IMG/VR virus record: IMGVR_UViG_651703056_000001
Location: 1 to 64,000 of that record
DNA: 64,000 bases
Strand: one strand, 5' to 3'
From: a virus
Lineage: Duplodnaviria > Caudoviricetes
Part shown: piece by piece, positions 9,848 to 19,610 of the stretch
How positions within the stretch are numbered: the stretch's first letter is position 1
Layout of the letters: each line of letters opens with the position of its first letter
The notes under the pieces: generated by a model
Databases searched by the model: none
Told to the model about the DNA's origin: nothing
Seen by the model: the letters and a program-made list of their open reading frames with translations, nothing else
Translations under genes and position numbers: made by a program

Positions 9848-10402
9848 GTGTATATGGATTTACAAAAGAAGAAATTGAAAGATGGAGCGGTGATGAGTGA
9901 ATTAGTGAAAAATAGTGACACGTTTGTACTATTTAATAGTCATTATCAAGTATATCTTGCAATTGGTACAGGAACACTCATGATTGAAGCAAATGTGGTT
10001 CACACAACTACATCTCCAGAAACTGCTCGGACATTCTCAATCTATGCTCAAGCAAGGGAGTTCATGAGCTTACTTAATGAGTACCATGATAAAGAGTTTG
10101 GAGCGTGGGGAGTAATCAACAACGAATATATAAACTTTTTCTGCAAAGTTGCTGAACATCAACCCCAGCTCACGATTCAAAAAAGCATTGCAGATAAATT
10201 AGATGATATTTTTATTACATTTATCAGAGAGCGACATAGTTCTAGTGTTTGGAATTTGTTATGGCGAGCAGAGGAAATAGACTGGGAAATCGGTGAACAG
10301 TTATCGGCATTACTACCAGATGAAAATCAAGTTAATATCGCTGTAGCCTACCTCGCAGGCAAAGCCCTTGGAGTTGATTTAGTGAAAGTGGTGGAAGGAT
10401 GA
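9848..10402 (+). CDS. Hypothetical protein of lactococcal prophage type
   Basis: C-terminus 'QPQLTI.KSIA...AYLAGKALGVDLVKVVEG'; start uncertain. Confidence 0.55.
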   Translation: MYMDLQKKKLKDGAVMSELVKNSDTFVLFNSHYQVYLAIGTGTLMIEANVVHTTTSPETARTFSIYAQAREFMSLLNEYHDKEFGAWGVINNEYINFFCKVAEHQPQLTIQKSIADKLDDIFITFIRERHSSSVWNLLWRAEEIDWEIGEQLSALLPDENQVNIAVAYLAGKALGVDLVKVVEG

Positions 10403-10644
10403 AAATTGAATTAGAAACAAGACCTTGCTTGGTAACTTTTAGTAATAAAAATCAGGTCGAAGGAACTTTTATGGGGTTATTTCAACATTCGCATACTCAT
10501 GGAGATTCACCATTGGTGGGTGGATTTAAAGCAGGAACTGTCGCTTATCCTATCGCTATTGTAGAAATCAATGGAAAAATGCAAGAAGTACGAATTAGTC
10601 AGATTGAATTTCTTGATGTTGCAAAAGACGAGGTATCAGAATGA
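10399..10644 (+). CDS. Hypothetical phage protein
   Basis: ATGA overlap with upstream gene. Confidence 0.65.
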   Translation: MKIELETRPCLVTFSNKNQVEGTFMGLFQHSHTHGDSPLVGGFKAGTVAYPIAIVEINGKMQEVRISQIEFLDVAKDEVSE

Positions 10645-10708
10645 CAGACAAACTAATATCGCTGGTCAATGACTGGTGGGAAGTGGTAGCGAATTTAAAG
10701 GAGAGCGT

Positions 10709-10867
10709 ATGACAGTAAAGAAATTAATTGAACAACTTACAAAGTTTGATGAAAAACTTGAAGTTAAGTTCGACTTTAAATAATTTCAAACTTTATACAT
10801 TGACGGAGTTAAAGAAACTACCGAAGATTATAAAGAAGGTAATGAAAAGATAGTTGTAATTTATTAA
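10709..10867 (+). pseudogene. Paralog of 9563..9724 interrupted by in-frame TAA (10781-10783)
   Basis: MTVKKLIEQLTKFDEKLEVKFDFK*FQTLYIDG...KIVVIY aligns end-to-end with 9563 ORF. Confidence 0.65.
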
Positions 10868-11036
10868 AAAGTTAATGCTTGATAGTATTAGCTTTTATTT
10901 TTAAAGAAATATGTAAGTATGCGGGCTGATAAAACTTGAAGCTAGAAACTTAATTAATTTTAACAGTTAATCAGACTTTATATTTGACAAAGTGAGAATA
11001 ATTTGATATAATAGAGTTGTGAAAGAGGTAATAACA

Positions 11037-11756
11037 ATGTATAAAGCAACCTTTAGAGAAAGACCACTAAGAACAAATGCACCAACACAACCGAGAGAAG
11101 GAGAAAATAAAATGACTAAGTTTGAAGAAGATTTAAACCGAAGAATGGATTTAAAGGAAGTTCCGATGTATTTTACCCAATCTGGTTGCTCCATGACTAG
11201 AAAAACATATATTGAAACGAACTGGGTTTTTGATACATATAAAAACTGGCACTCAGACGAAGAGTTTCAGGAGTTATTTGATAAATATAGTAATCTCAAT
11301 GATAACTATGAAAAAGAAGTAATCAGAAGTTCTAAACTAGAATCGCAAATCATTGATTTAAAATCCCAACTCCAACAGCAAGCCCTGCCAGTCGTGCCTG
11401 AATTTGTTGCTGTACAGATTGAAAGAGTTAAGAACTCTAATGGTAACTTTGCAACTCTTGGTTTATTCGACTGGAATCATGAAGCTAAACCTGATTATAC
11501 TAAATGGATTCATGAAAATGTATTTGATTTTATGAGAGCATGCACTATCGGCTACACAGTCGAAAAACCACAGCTGTTCTATTTGAGAAATAAACTGACA
11601 GGAATGTATCTGTACAAGAAACCTCTTGGTGGATATGGGGAAGACCCTGCTAGTTATATTAAAGACCTGACTGATGATTTTAAGTTCACCCAAAAAGAAA
11701 TTGATGGAATGGATGTTCAAAGCTATGAGAAAAAAGATGAATATAAAGGAGAATAA
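11037..11756 (+). CDS. DUF1642-domain protein
   Basis: 'QQQALPVVPEFVA...GYTVEKPQLFYL...FTQKEID' lactococcal prophage signature; alternative start 11112. Confidence 0.7.
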   Translation: MYKATFRERPLRTNAPTQPREGENKMTKFEEDLNRRMDLKEVPMYFTQSGCSMTRKTYIETNWVFDTYKNWHSDEEFQELFDKYSNLNDNYEKEVIRSSKLESQIIDLKSQLQQQALPVVPEFVAVQIERVKNSNGNFATLGLFDWNHEAKPDYTKWIHENVFDFMRACTIGYTVEKPQLFYLRNKLTGMYLYKKPLGGYGEDPASYIKDLTDDFKFTQKEIDGMDVQSYEKKDEYKGE

Positions 11757-12096
11757 AGAAATGGTAAAAGTATTAAGCAAAAGAGATTTTATATCAAGTT
11801 TAAAAGAAATTGTAAAAGTTAATGAAAATAAAAGTTATTCAGATAAACTTAAGAATAGAATGTTAGATAATTTTGTTGAAGCATACGCACCAGAGGAAAG
11901 AGAGATGTTTGAGATTCAAGATATGAATACTGGTGAATATATTGTGAAGAATGACGAAGGTCAAGAGTTCCCATTCACTTATGTTAGTGAGGAGGAGTTT
12001 GAACATGTTCAAGAAGAATATAAATATTTCACTGGGGAAGAACTTCGATTTATCAAAAATGGTTCTTATAAAACAACATCGGTTGGGAAGTGGTGA
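11674..12096 (+). CDS. Hypothetical protein (true start probably 11761)
   Basis: AAGGAG RBS before MVKVLSK. Confidence 0.55.
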   Translation: MILSSPKKKLMEWMFKAMRKKMNIKENKEMVKVLSKRDFISSLKEIVKVNENKSYSDKLKNRMLDNFVEAYAPEEREMFEIQDMNTGEYIVKNDEGQEFPFTYVSEEEFEHVQEEYKYFTGEELRFIKNGSYKTTSVGKW

Positions 12097-12309
12097 TATG
12101 AATATTAATGATATAGTACCTGATTTCTCTGAAATCGTAAAATTAAAAGAAGAAAATAGAATCATGAAAAAAGCATTGATTAATTTACAGTATTTAACGA
12201 TTCTTGAAGTTGATGATTTAGATTTCGAACTTGGTAAAGAGTGGCAGTCAAGAGTAATTGATGGTGAGAATATAGCACAAAAAGCTCTGCAAGCTATTAA
12301 GGATATTAA

Positions 12310-12633
12310 ATGAGTAAAAGATATTATGTGAAATCAAAAATTGAGACATCTTCTTATTCAAGTATGGATGGATTTGAAAGTCATTCTTATGACAATCTAT
12401 GGTTAAACGAATGTGGAATGTTTTCTCCATTTGTTGAAAGTTATCCATTTACTAGAGAAGAGTTGGCTAAAATATCTGATGGGTATTTCTATAAAGAATC
12501 TCAATGTCTTCCATTTACGTGGATATACAGTCCAGATGAGTTAAAAGAAACGTTAGGTTGGGAGTATGATGAAGATTCTGATGTCTTTATTTGGGTAAAC
12601 CCTATTATTGAATTGGTAGAAAAGGAAGATTAA
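12310..12633 (+). CDS. Hypothetical protein
   Basis: ORF in operon. Confidence 0.6.
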   Translation: MSKRYYVKSKIETSSYSSMDGFESHSYDNLWLNECGMFSPFVESYPFTREELAKISDGYFYKESQCLPFTWIYSPDELKETLGWEYDEDSDVFIWVNPIIELVEKED

Positions 12634-12635
12634 AT

Positions 12636-12956
12636 ATGACCCTAGGACAAATTGTTATTGTTATCATTGCAGGAATGCTTTTAGCTTTTCTCTTGATGCA
12701 GATTATAGGATACGAAGCAACGATTCAAGATTTAGAGGAAGATTTATACTCAGCAAGAAATCCAGAGTTACTTGACTTGAAAGATTTTGATGATAGTAAA
12801 CGTCTTGAGACAAGTGATGGTATTCTTGAAGCAAATAATTTTAGTCTTGGTTCATTCTTCATCGACAATCATAGTCGAGTGGTGTGGAGAGTGATTGAGA
12901 ATCATAAAGGAAAGAAAGTATTTCACGCTAGTGGGATTGTAGAGACAGAGGATTGA
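12636..12956 (+). CDS. Hypothetical membrane-anchored protein
   Basis: N-terminal TM helix; followed by terminator GAGGATTGAC/GTCAGTCCTTTTT. Confidence 0.6.
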   Translation: MTLGQIVIVIIAGMLLAFLLMQIIGYEATIQDLEEDLYSARNPELLDLKDFDDSKRLETSDGILEANNFSLGSFFIDNHSRVVWRVIENHKGKKVFHASGIVETED

Positions 12957-13330
12957 CAGTAGTCAGTCCTTTTTCTTTTCATCTTGTGAAAATTAATTAG
13001 AGAGAAAGAATATCTATAGTGTGTCTTAAGTGTTGGTATATATGGGTTTAAAAAGAATCGTAATAAGTAGATTTAGAATATTTTGAGTAGTTTTGATAGA
13101 AAATGAATATGTTTTGGTATAAAATTAGTGTATAAAGCGTTATTTTAATAGGGTTTCTAGCTATTTTTAGTGTGTTTTGAGGTGTTTTTAAGGTGCTTTT
13201 GTAGGGATATTACGTTTTATTTGTACTCTAAAATGAGAGAAATATGAGCATATGAGAGGGTTATTAACATTAGTTATTGTTCGTTTGTTTATAGGGTTTA
13301 TTAGAAATTGTAGATAGTTTATTAACAACA

Positions 13331-13351
13331 TGTGGATAACTCTGTGGATAA
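13331..13351 (-). promoter_or_regulatory. Two perfect DnaA boxes
   Basis: TGTGGATAA at 13331-13339 and 13343-13351 (reverse complement of TTATCCACA). Confidence 0.7.
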
Positions 13352-14525
13352 CTTTATTTTATTTCACTCAGTGAACATGAGAGAAAAATGAGAGGGGTTC
13401 AAAAAACAGCACATAAAAAATTGAGATTTGGGTATATTTTGAGAGAGGGAAAGTGGATTTGGGAGAAACCCTAGGGGGTGGGGCAAGAAAGATGGCTGAG
13501 AAATGATGTATTTTGTGTGTATGTGGGTTTGTTAAAAAAGAGGACATAAGATATTGTTTATGAGAGAGATATAGAGGGTGATAGATTGTCAAAAAGATTA
13601 TTAGAATAATAAGATATGTGAAGAAAAACGAAGTAGTGTTAAGTAGCTGATGAAGATAAAGAAGGATTGAGAAAGGTTGACACAACGCAGTTGTGGTGGG
13701 GATGACTAGGGCAACGGAGTTGGGGAAAATATGAAATAGTAGCGTGGTGTAAGTGGTAAGAGGTTTTTTGAGTTTTTGATTTTCTAATTTTGGTAAAAAC
13801 CTACCCCCCCATTTTTAAAAGTGGCATATAATCAGAATTATAAACCGCCTATACATATTTTTTTAGCCCCTGTTTTATCAAATCATTGTCTACCCCCTCT
13901 AATAAAAAAATACGATGTCAGATTCTGGAAGCCCCTCATGAAAGCACTTTCAAAATTAAAAAATTGTTCTAATGATTTTATCATTTTTATATGATGAAAT
14001 TTTATTTCATTTATAGCTAAAAAAATGAAATGTTTTGAAACGCTTTACCTTGTTTATTCGGGCGACGATTGTTTACAGTCAACAAACCACAAACAACCAA
14101 ACCAACACCCAACCAACCCAAACCCATCCATCATTAGATTCCCTCACGTCTTACACCCTTTTATTCCTCATTTTACCTATAACTCCCCAACCAAGCAAAC
14201 TAAACAACCCCACAGATACAACCTCAAACCCCCAAAAAATACCCCCAATCAAACCCCCTTACAAATCCATTTTTTTATTTTTCTTTTTTCTCTTTTGTCT
14301 TTCGTGCTATTCTCTTACCACTCTAACGCCTTACCCTTATACCTGTTAACCTCCTTACCTCTTACCCTTTAACCTCGTTAGCTTAACATATCATCATAAC
14401 ATATCATCATATCATATAAGCATAACATCATATATCATAACAATAAACAAACAAAAGAAAAGGCAAAGCCTTAACGCTTTACCCTTTTACCTATCTTATA
14501 TCATTATAACAATCGTTATATAAGT

Positions 14526-15047
14526 CTATTGCTTTACCTTTGCTATATCATCGGCATCCATATCGAACCACAGCTCTTTATCATTGTACTTATATGATAC
14601 CATGTTACGATATAATTCTCTTCCTTTATCATCCCACAATTCCATTTCTACCGTCCAATCATCTCGATTATCATTATCATCACACAATTCTTTTATCTTG
14701 CTTTTCATTTCCTCGATAGTCATCTCACTATCCCACGCAATTGTTATATGGTCAGTGTCATAATTATACCATCTTGGACTATAAAGGCTATCCACTCGAA
14801 ACGTTCCCACGCTATCCAATTCATTGCAAAACATTTCGCAATACAATTCCCCAATCGCTTCAAGATATTCAGATGTATTAATTGTAACATCTATGTCATA
14901 AGCATCAACCCCCAACATATCAGCCAATTCCATAACCTCATCTATATCCATATCACTATTGAGCCATATACTCTCATATAGTCCATTGAACAACTCTAAT
15001 GCTGTTACATCAATAGTAAGCTGATTAAGTTCTTTTTTGTTTTCCAT
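14526..15047 (-). CDS. Highly acidic hypothetical protein
   Basis: About a quarter D/E; own minus-strand sigma-A promoter 15102-15130. Confidence 0.75.
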   Translation of the reverse strand: MENKKELNQLTIDVTALELFNGLYESIWLNSDMDIDEVMELADMLGVDAYDIDVTINTSEYLEAIGELYCEMFCNELDSVGTFRVDSLYSPRWYNYDTDHITIAWDSEMTIEEMKSKIKELCDDNDNRDDWTVEMELWDDKGRELYRNMVSYKYNDKELWFDMDADDIAKVKQ

Positions 15048-15410
15048 GTTTTTGTTTTCCTTTTTATTTTGTTTTTTTTGCTTTCTTTACCTTATAAAAC
15101 CATTATACACCATCAGCCCCTCGATGTCAAGCGTTAAGCACCTAATACTATTACAATACCGTAACAATACTATAAATATCATATAACTATATTATTACAT
15201 TTATATTACGCAATCCATCACTTCCTCGATGGATTCTATACGCTTATATAGCTATGTTTAACACTTTCTATTATACAGCTATACATATCTATTATAATAC
15301 TATAACAGCGCTATATATAACCGATTCAGTAAGCTTATAACGTTATTCAATAGTACCATTATAAAGCAGTAAAAAAAAGCCCTGTAAATTACAAGGCTTT
15401 TTATTTTTCT

Positions 15411-15809
15411 TTATTTTGTTTTTTTGCTTTCTAGTTCTTTAATAATTATTTGCTTAATTTTTTCGCTTTCCTCATCGTTATCTTTTAAATATACATCGTC
15501 ATATTTTTGGTAACTTTTTAAGTCGTTAAATAAATCATACCCGATGATATACCAAAGCATATTAGAAACTTCTTCAGGGTTTGAAAGGTCTGTTAAGATT
15601 TCGCAAAAATTTTCGATTTCATAGCTTACGACCTCACCGATGGCTTGAAAAGTTCCATAATCTTCTAAGGCCTTTTCAGCTTTATAAGTTCCGATGATGT
15701 AATAATCTTCATTAAATACTTTTTGATGTAAATCTGAAATATATCCGTCAAAATCTTGTAAAGTTTCGATAATGTTTTCAATGGCTTCATTTGTTGTAAA
15801 ATATTTCAT
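15411..15809 (-). CDS. Acidic hypothetical phage protein
   Basis: 'DLHQKVFNEDYYIIGTY' motif; own promoter; terminator at about 15371-15410. Confidence 0.75.
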   Translation of the reverse strand: MKYFTTNEAIENIIETLQDFDGYISDLHQKVFNEDYYIIGTYKAEKALEDYGTFQAIGEVVSYEIENFCEILTDLSNPEEVSNMLWYIIGYDLFNDLKSYQKYDDVYLKDNDEESEKIKQIIIKELESKKTK

Positions 15810-15952
15810 GTTTTTATTCTCTTTTCTTTTATTTGATAAGTCTATTATAACTAATTGTTTTTATTTTGTCAAGTGTTAAGCTTTTTTTATTATGTTTTTT
15901 TGTTGTCCTCCTTTACTTGATAAAACCATTATATCATGATTCTTTTTAAAAG

Positions 15953-16336
15953 TCAAATATAAACATTTTTATTTATTAATTTTTTTAACTCCTTTTTTAA
16001 CATTTCTCTATTTTTTGCATTTAAAGCAGTATAAAAACTAAACCCCAAACGCTTTACAACTATATTTATCAGCATCTTAACTCTATCAAGATATATAAAC
16101 CTAATCAAACCTCGCAAGCCCTCACGGTCTAAGATATTGAAATTTTTCCTCCTATCTTTTGCGTAACCGTCTAACAATGTAAGCGGATAACATTTTTTTA
16201 ATTCTTTCAGCTGATTATCTGTTAAAATATCGCTATAAGTATTTTTTAAAACATCATCGATTATTTTGTTTTTTTCTTTTTCGATTTCTTCTAAAATATC
16301 CATTATAATATTTTTATCACTAAAAAATTTTTCCAT
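15953..16336 (-). CDS. Basic hypothetical protein
   Basis: GAGG RBS; minus-strand island. Confidence 0.6.
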   Translation of the reverse strand: MEKFFSDKNIIMDILEEIEKEKNKIIDDVLKNTYSDILTDNQLKELKKCYPLTLLDGYAKDRRKNFNILDREGLRGLIRFIYLDRVKMLINIVVKRLGFSFYTALNAKNREMLKKELKKLINKNVYI

Positions 16337-16567
16337 TTTATAACCTCACAAAATACTAAATTTAATTTTTTGCGTGTTTTCGTGAATTAATTGAACCATT
16401 TGAGAATTGAGTTCTTGAGCTTTTTCAGCCCAACCTATAAAAATACAAAATTCTTTTTCTGTTTTCAGTTCGTTCATGACTTTTCTAAATTCTGACAATT
16501 GATGCACCTTTTTCTTTCTTTAGCTTTATAGCTTATTATAGCATTATTCTTTTTATTTTGTCAAGTC

Positions 16568-16894
16568 TTAATGTTCTGTTAAATAAAATTCTTGAAAAGC
16601 GTCACAATTATCATAAGTCAAGCCTCGTACTGTGTAAAGTTCGTTTTCTGTCAAGTTTTTATTTTCTTTTAAAAATCTATCAAGTTTTTTGATTTGTTTT
16701 TCTTGATAGATTCCAGGCAATTCCCTGTAATGGTCTAACTTTGCAATTCTTTCGCTTTCATGCCTCAAGCTTGTTATTTCATTAGAAAAAGCTTTTTATT
16801 GTGTTGTTTGACCTTTTGGAGTTGCGAACCCCAAACCAAACCCGATGGCAAGAATTGCAAGCGTGAAAGTGATTTTTTTTGTTGTCTTTTTCAT
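16568..16894 (-). pseudogene. Signal-peptide-bearing protein interrupted by in-frame TAA (16796-16798)
   Basis: MKKTTKKITFTLAILAIGFGLGFATPKGQTTQ*KAFSNEITSLRHESER... continues in frame into ORF 16568..16768. Confidence 0.65.
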
Positions 16895-16975
16895 GTTTTC
16901 TTTTTCCTTTTCTTTATTCGATAACACTATGATAAAACTTTATTTTTATTTTGTCAAACATTTAAGTGTTACAAC

Positions 16976-17231
16976 TTAAATGTTTTCTTGTAACAACTCT
17001 ATCACAATATCGTGCATAGTTTCCCAAGTTTTGTTACTTTTCGGGTATCGATAGCCCGCTTTTTCGATGGCTTCTAGTTGCCATTTATAAAAATAGTTGT
17101 GTATTAAACCATTGCATGCCAGCATTTCAGCGCTTTGCCCTTTTATCCATGAATTATTAATATCATGTTTTAAGCTAAAATAATCAATATTATCATTAAT
17201 ATATTTTTTTTGCTATTTGTTTTTTAGTCAT
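16976..17231 (-). pseudogene. Small protein frameshifted in A8 run (17204-17211)
   Basis: One A fewer gives 84-aa MTKKQIAKKYINDNIDY...ELLQENI with RBS and promoter. Confidence 0.6.
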
Positions 17232-17423
17232 TTTTTAAAACTCCTTTTTCTTTATAATATTATGATAACACTTTTATTTTTAAAAGTCAAATCAAAAAAC
17301 TTTTTTAATCATGTAAAAATGTTTTTTGAATTGCAATATAAAAAAATCTTGAAATGTCATGTAAACTATGATTCACAAAAAGGAGGAAAACACAACAAAA
17401 AAAACGCTTTTCAGCGTTTTAAA

Positions 17424-17712
17424 TTATAAAGCTTTTATTATATTATTTTTTAATAGTTCGCTCGTTTCCCAACAATACGCCCGACAACTTGCGACGCTTT
17501 CAAATTTTAAAGGCTGTAAAAAATAGCGGTATGTATTAAATTTTTTTAAAAAAATTAATTCATTTTCATTTTTTTTGATAGATTCCAATATAATAAAAAT
17601 TATCAAGTTCATCAAAAAATTCTTTAAAAATGATATTTTGCTTTTTATATTTAAAAGGAAATTTAAAAACCTCAATAAAGATGTAAGCATTTTCATCTTT
17701 TAACTTTTGCAA
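17424..17712 (-). pseudogene. Small protein frameshifted in A8 run (17569-17576)
   Basis: GGAGG RBS, TTG start (MQKLKDENAYIF...); one A fewer joins it to the C-terminal part of ORF 17424..17696. Confidence 0.55.
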
Positions 17713-17724
17713 GTTGTAACCTCC

Positions 17725-17841
17725 TTACATGTTATTAATAACCAAAATTTTAAAGGCAACAACCGCAACCAATGCAAGCCCGAACAAAATCGAACCGCCC
17801 AACGTTCCCCCGTTTATAATGTCATCGTGTTTTTTATTCAT
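17725..17841 (-). CDS. 38-aa membrane peptide
   Basis: MNKKHDDIINGGTLGGSILFGLALVAVVAFKILVINNM; AAGGAG RBS and promoter. Confidence 0.55.
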   Translation of the reverse strand: MNKKHDDIINGGTLGGSILFGLALVAVVAFKILVINNM

Positions 17842-18133
17842 TTTTAAACTCCTTTTTTATTGTATAACTTATTTTAGCATGATTCTTTTTAAAAGTCAAG
17901 AATAAAACACAAAAAAAAGAAAACTTTTTTTAGTTTTTATATAGTAGAAAATAGCTAAAAAGAAAAAAAACACGAAACAAAAAGATATAAATGTTTGACA
18001 AATCTATAAAACAATGATATAATTAAATAGTAGAAAAACAAAAGAAAAGAAGAAAAAAGGAGGAAAAACCCCACAAAATACCCAAAAAACCCAGAAAAAA
18101 AATCTCTAAAAAATGACCTAAAATTTTTCTGAG

Positions 18134-18360
18134 TTTTAAATATTTTTTTGAAAATATTTTTATTGTTCTATCTTGTATATAAAAATCTAAAAAACCCCCA
18201 CAATATATATGTAATATATATGTAATATATTTTGAAAAATTTTCAGAAAATTTGGTCTGGAAATTTTTTTTGATTTTAAAATATATTTTTGAAAATATTT
18301 TCCTTGCTATATCTTGTATTATAATTTTTAAAAAACCCACCATATATAGTATATAATATA
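18134..18360. repeat. Imperfect ~85-bp direct repeat, two copies about 140 nt apart
   Basis: TTTTAAA...TTTTGAAAATATTTT...TATCTTGTAT...AAAAAACCC...ATATATA at about 18134 and 18274. Confidence 0.6.
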
Positions 18361-18521
18361 GTAGAATTTTTTTGGCTTTTGATTTTCGTTTTGGCTTTTA
18401 AAGGAATCTTTTTTTTAGTTAATAAACTTAAAATTTTTTAAATCAAGTCCAAAAATAATCGAGGTTGACAAACTTCAAAGATAATGATACAATATGTTTA
18501 TGAATAAAAAAGGAGAAGAAC

Positions 18522-19013
18522 ATGAAATGGGTAAAAATTAAAGATTTTACTAATTATTCTGTGTCGGAATATGGAGATGTTAGGAATGACGGAACAGAAA
18601 GAATTTTAGCTAAACTTTTTGACAAAGATAGTTATGTTAGATATAACTTATATAAAAATGGCAAAATGTACACTCTTAAGGCTCACCGATTAGTGGCTAA
18701 ACACTTTTTGAACAAGGTGGAAGGCAAGGAGTTTGTGAACCACATTGACGAGAATAAGCAAAATAATCACTTCTTAAATTTGGAATGGTGTACGCAAAGA
18801 GAAAATATAAATCACGGCACGAGAAATGACAAAGTGAGTAGGGCACAATCTAAAGAAGTAGAACAATACGACTTGCAAGGTAACTTACTAAACATCTTTT
18901 ACGGAACAAAAGAAGCAGAAAGAAGCACAGGTATAAATCAAGGAAACATCAGCAAGTGTTGCACTGGAAGATATAAGTCAGCAGGTGGATATGTATGGAA
19001 ATATACAGACTAA
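18522..19013 (+). CDS. Free-standing HNH homing endonuclease (NUMOD4-HNH-NUMOD1)
   Basis: 'YSVSEYGDVRN', 'HRLVAKHF...VNHIDENKQNN...NLEWCT..EN', C-terminal 'EAERSTGI...ISKCC..AGGY.W'. Confidence 0.9.
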   Translation: MKWVKIKDFTNYSVSEYGDVRNDGTERILAKLFDKDSYVRYNLYKNGKMYTLKAHRLVAKHFLNKVEGKEFVNHIDENKQNNHFLNLEWCTQRENINHGTRNDKVSRAQSKEVEQYDLQGNLLNIFYGTKEAERSTGINQGNISKCCTGRYKSAGGYVWKYTD

Positions 19014-19139
19014 ATAAAATAAAACACAAAAAAAGAACTTATATTTGACAAGGCTCTTTTTTTTATGGCGTGACATTATCGTAGAAAAGAAAGAGATAAC
19101 AATGCGAGTAGGAGAAATAAATATGTTTTCTAAACATAC

Positions 19140-19514
19140 TTATCCACAGCCTGTGGATAACTTAAGATAAAAATTGTATATTTTATACAAAACTGTGGAT
19201 AACTCAATGTAGTAAAATTAGGATTTTACTGTTGCATATTTTAGCTCATAATCGTACATTTTTAGACAATAAGCCCCTGAAATGCCCTATATTAGAGTTT
19301 TTCATATAAATATATGGGGATTTTTGACAGTTTTTTATAGTTTAGACTCAAATTTCAGCTTAAGATAGAGTTTTTTATACAAATCAGCACGAGTTATACA
19401 AAATATTCAGAATTATTTTTACATTTAGATAAATTAGAAGAGTTATCCACAGATTTTTTTAGAGTTATCCACATATTTAAGGAAGTTATCCACAGTTTCT
19501 AAAAGTTATCCACA
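19140..19514. promoter_or_regulatory. Cluster of seven perfect DnaA boxes
   Basis: TTATCCACA at 19140, 19443, 19465, 19486, 19506; TGTGGATAA at 19152, 19194; AT-rich tract follows at about 19540-19590. Confidence 0.8.
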
Positions 19515-19610
19515 TGTTATGCAATTATGCAATTTATAATGTATATTTTGATTAAAATATTGTTTATATACTATATATATAATATAATTTAAGTCAGACT
19601 TTAAAAATTT

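Noticed and set aside
13368-14372. ORFs 13368..13685, 14025..14372 and 14035..14349
   Set aside because: Low-complexity products arising from strand skew; no RBS
18023-18343. Minus-strand 106-aa ORF
   Set aside because: F/K/I-rich translation of A/T tracts and the local repeat; no RBS
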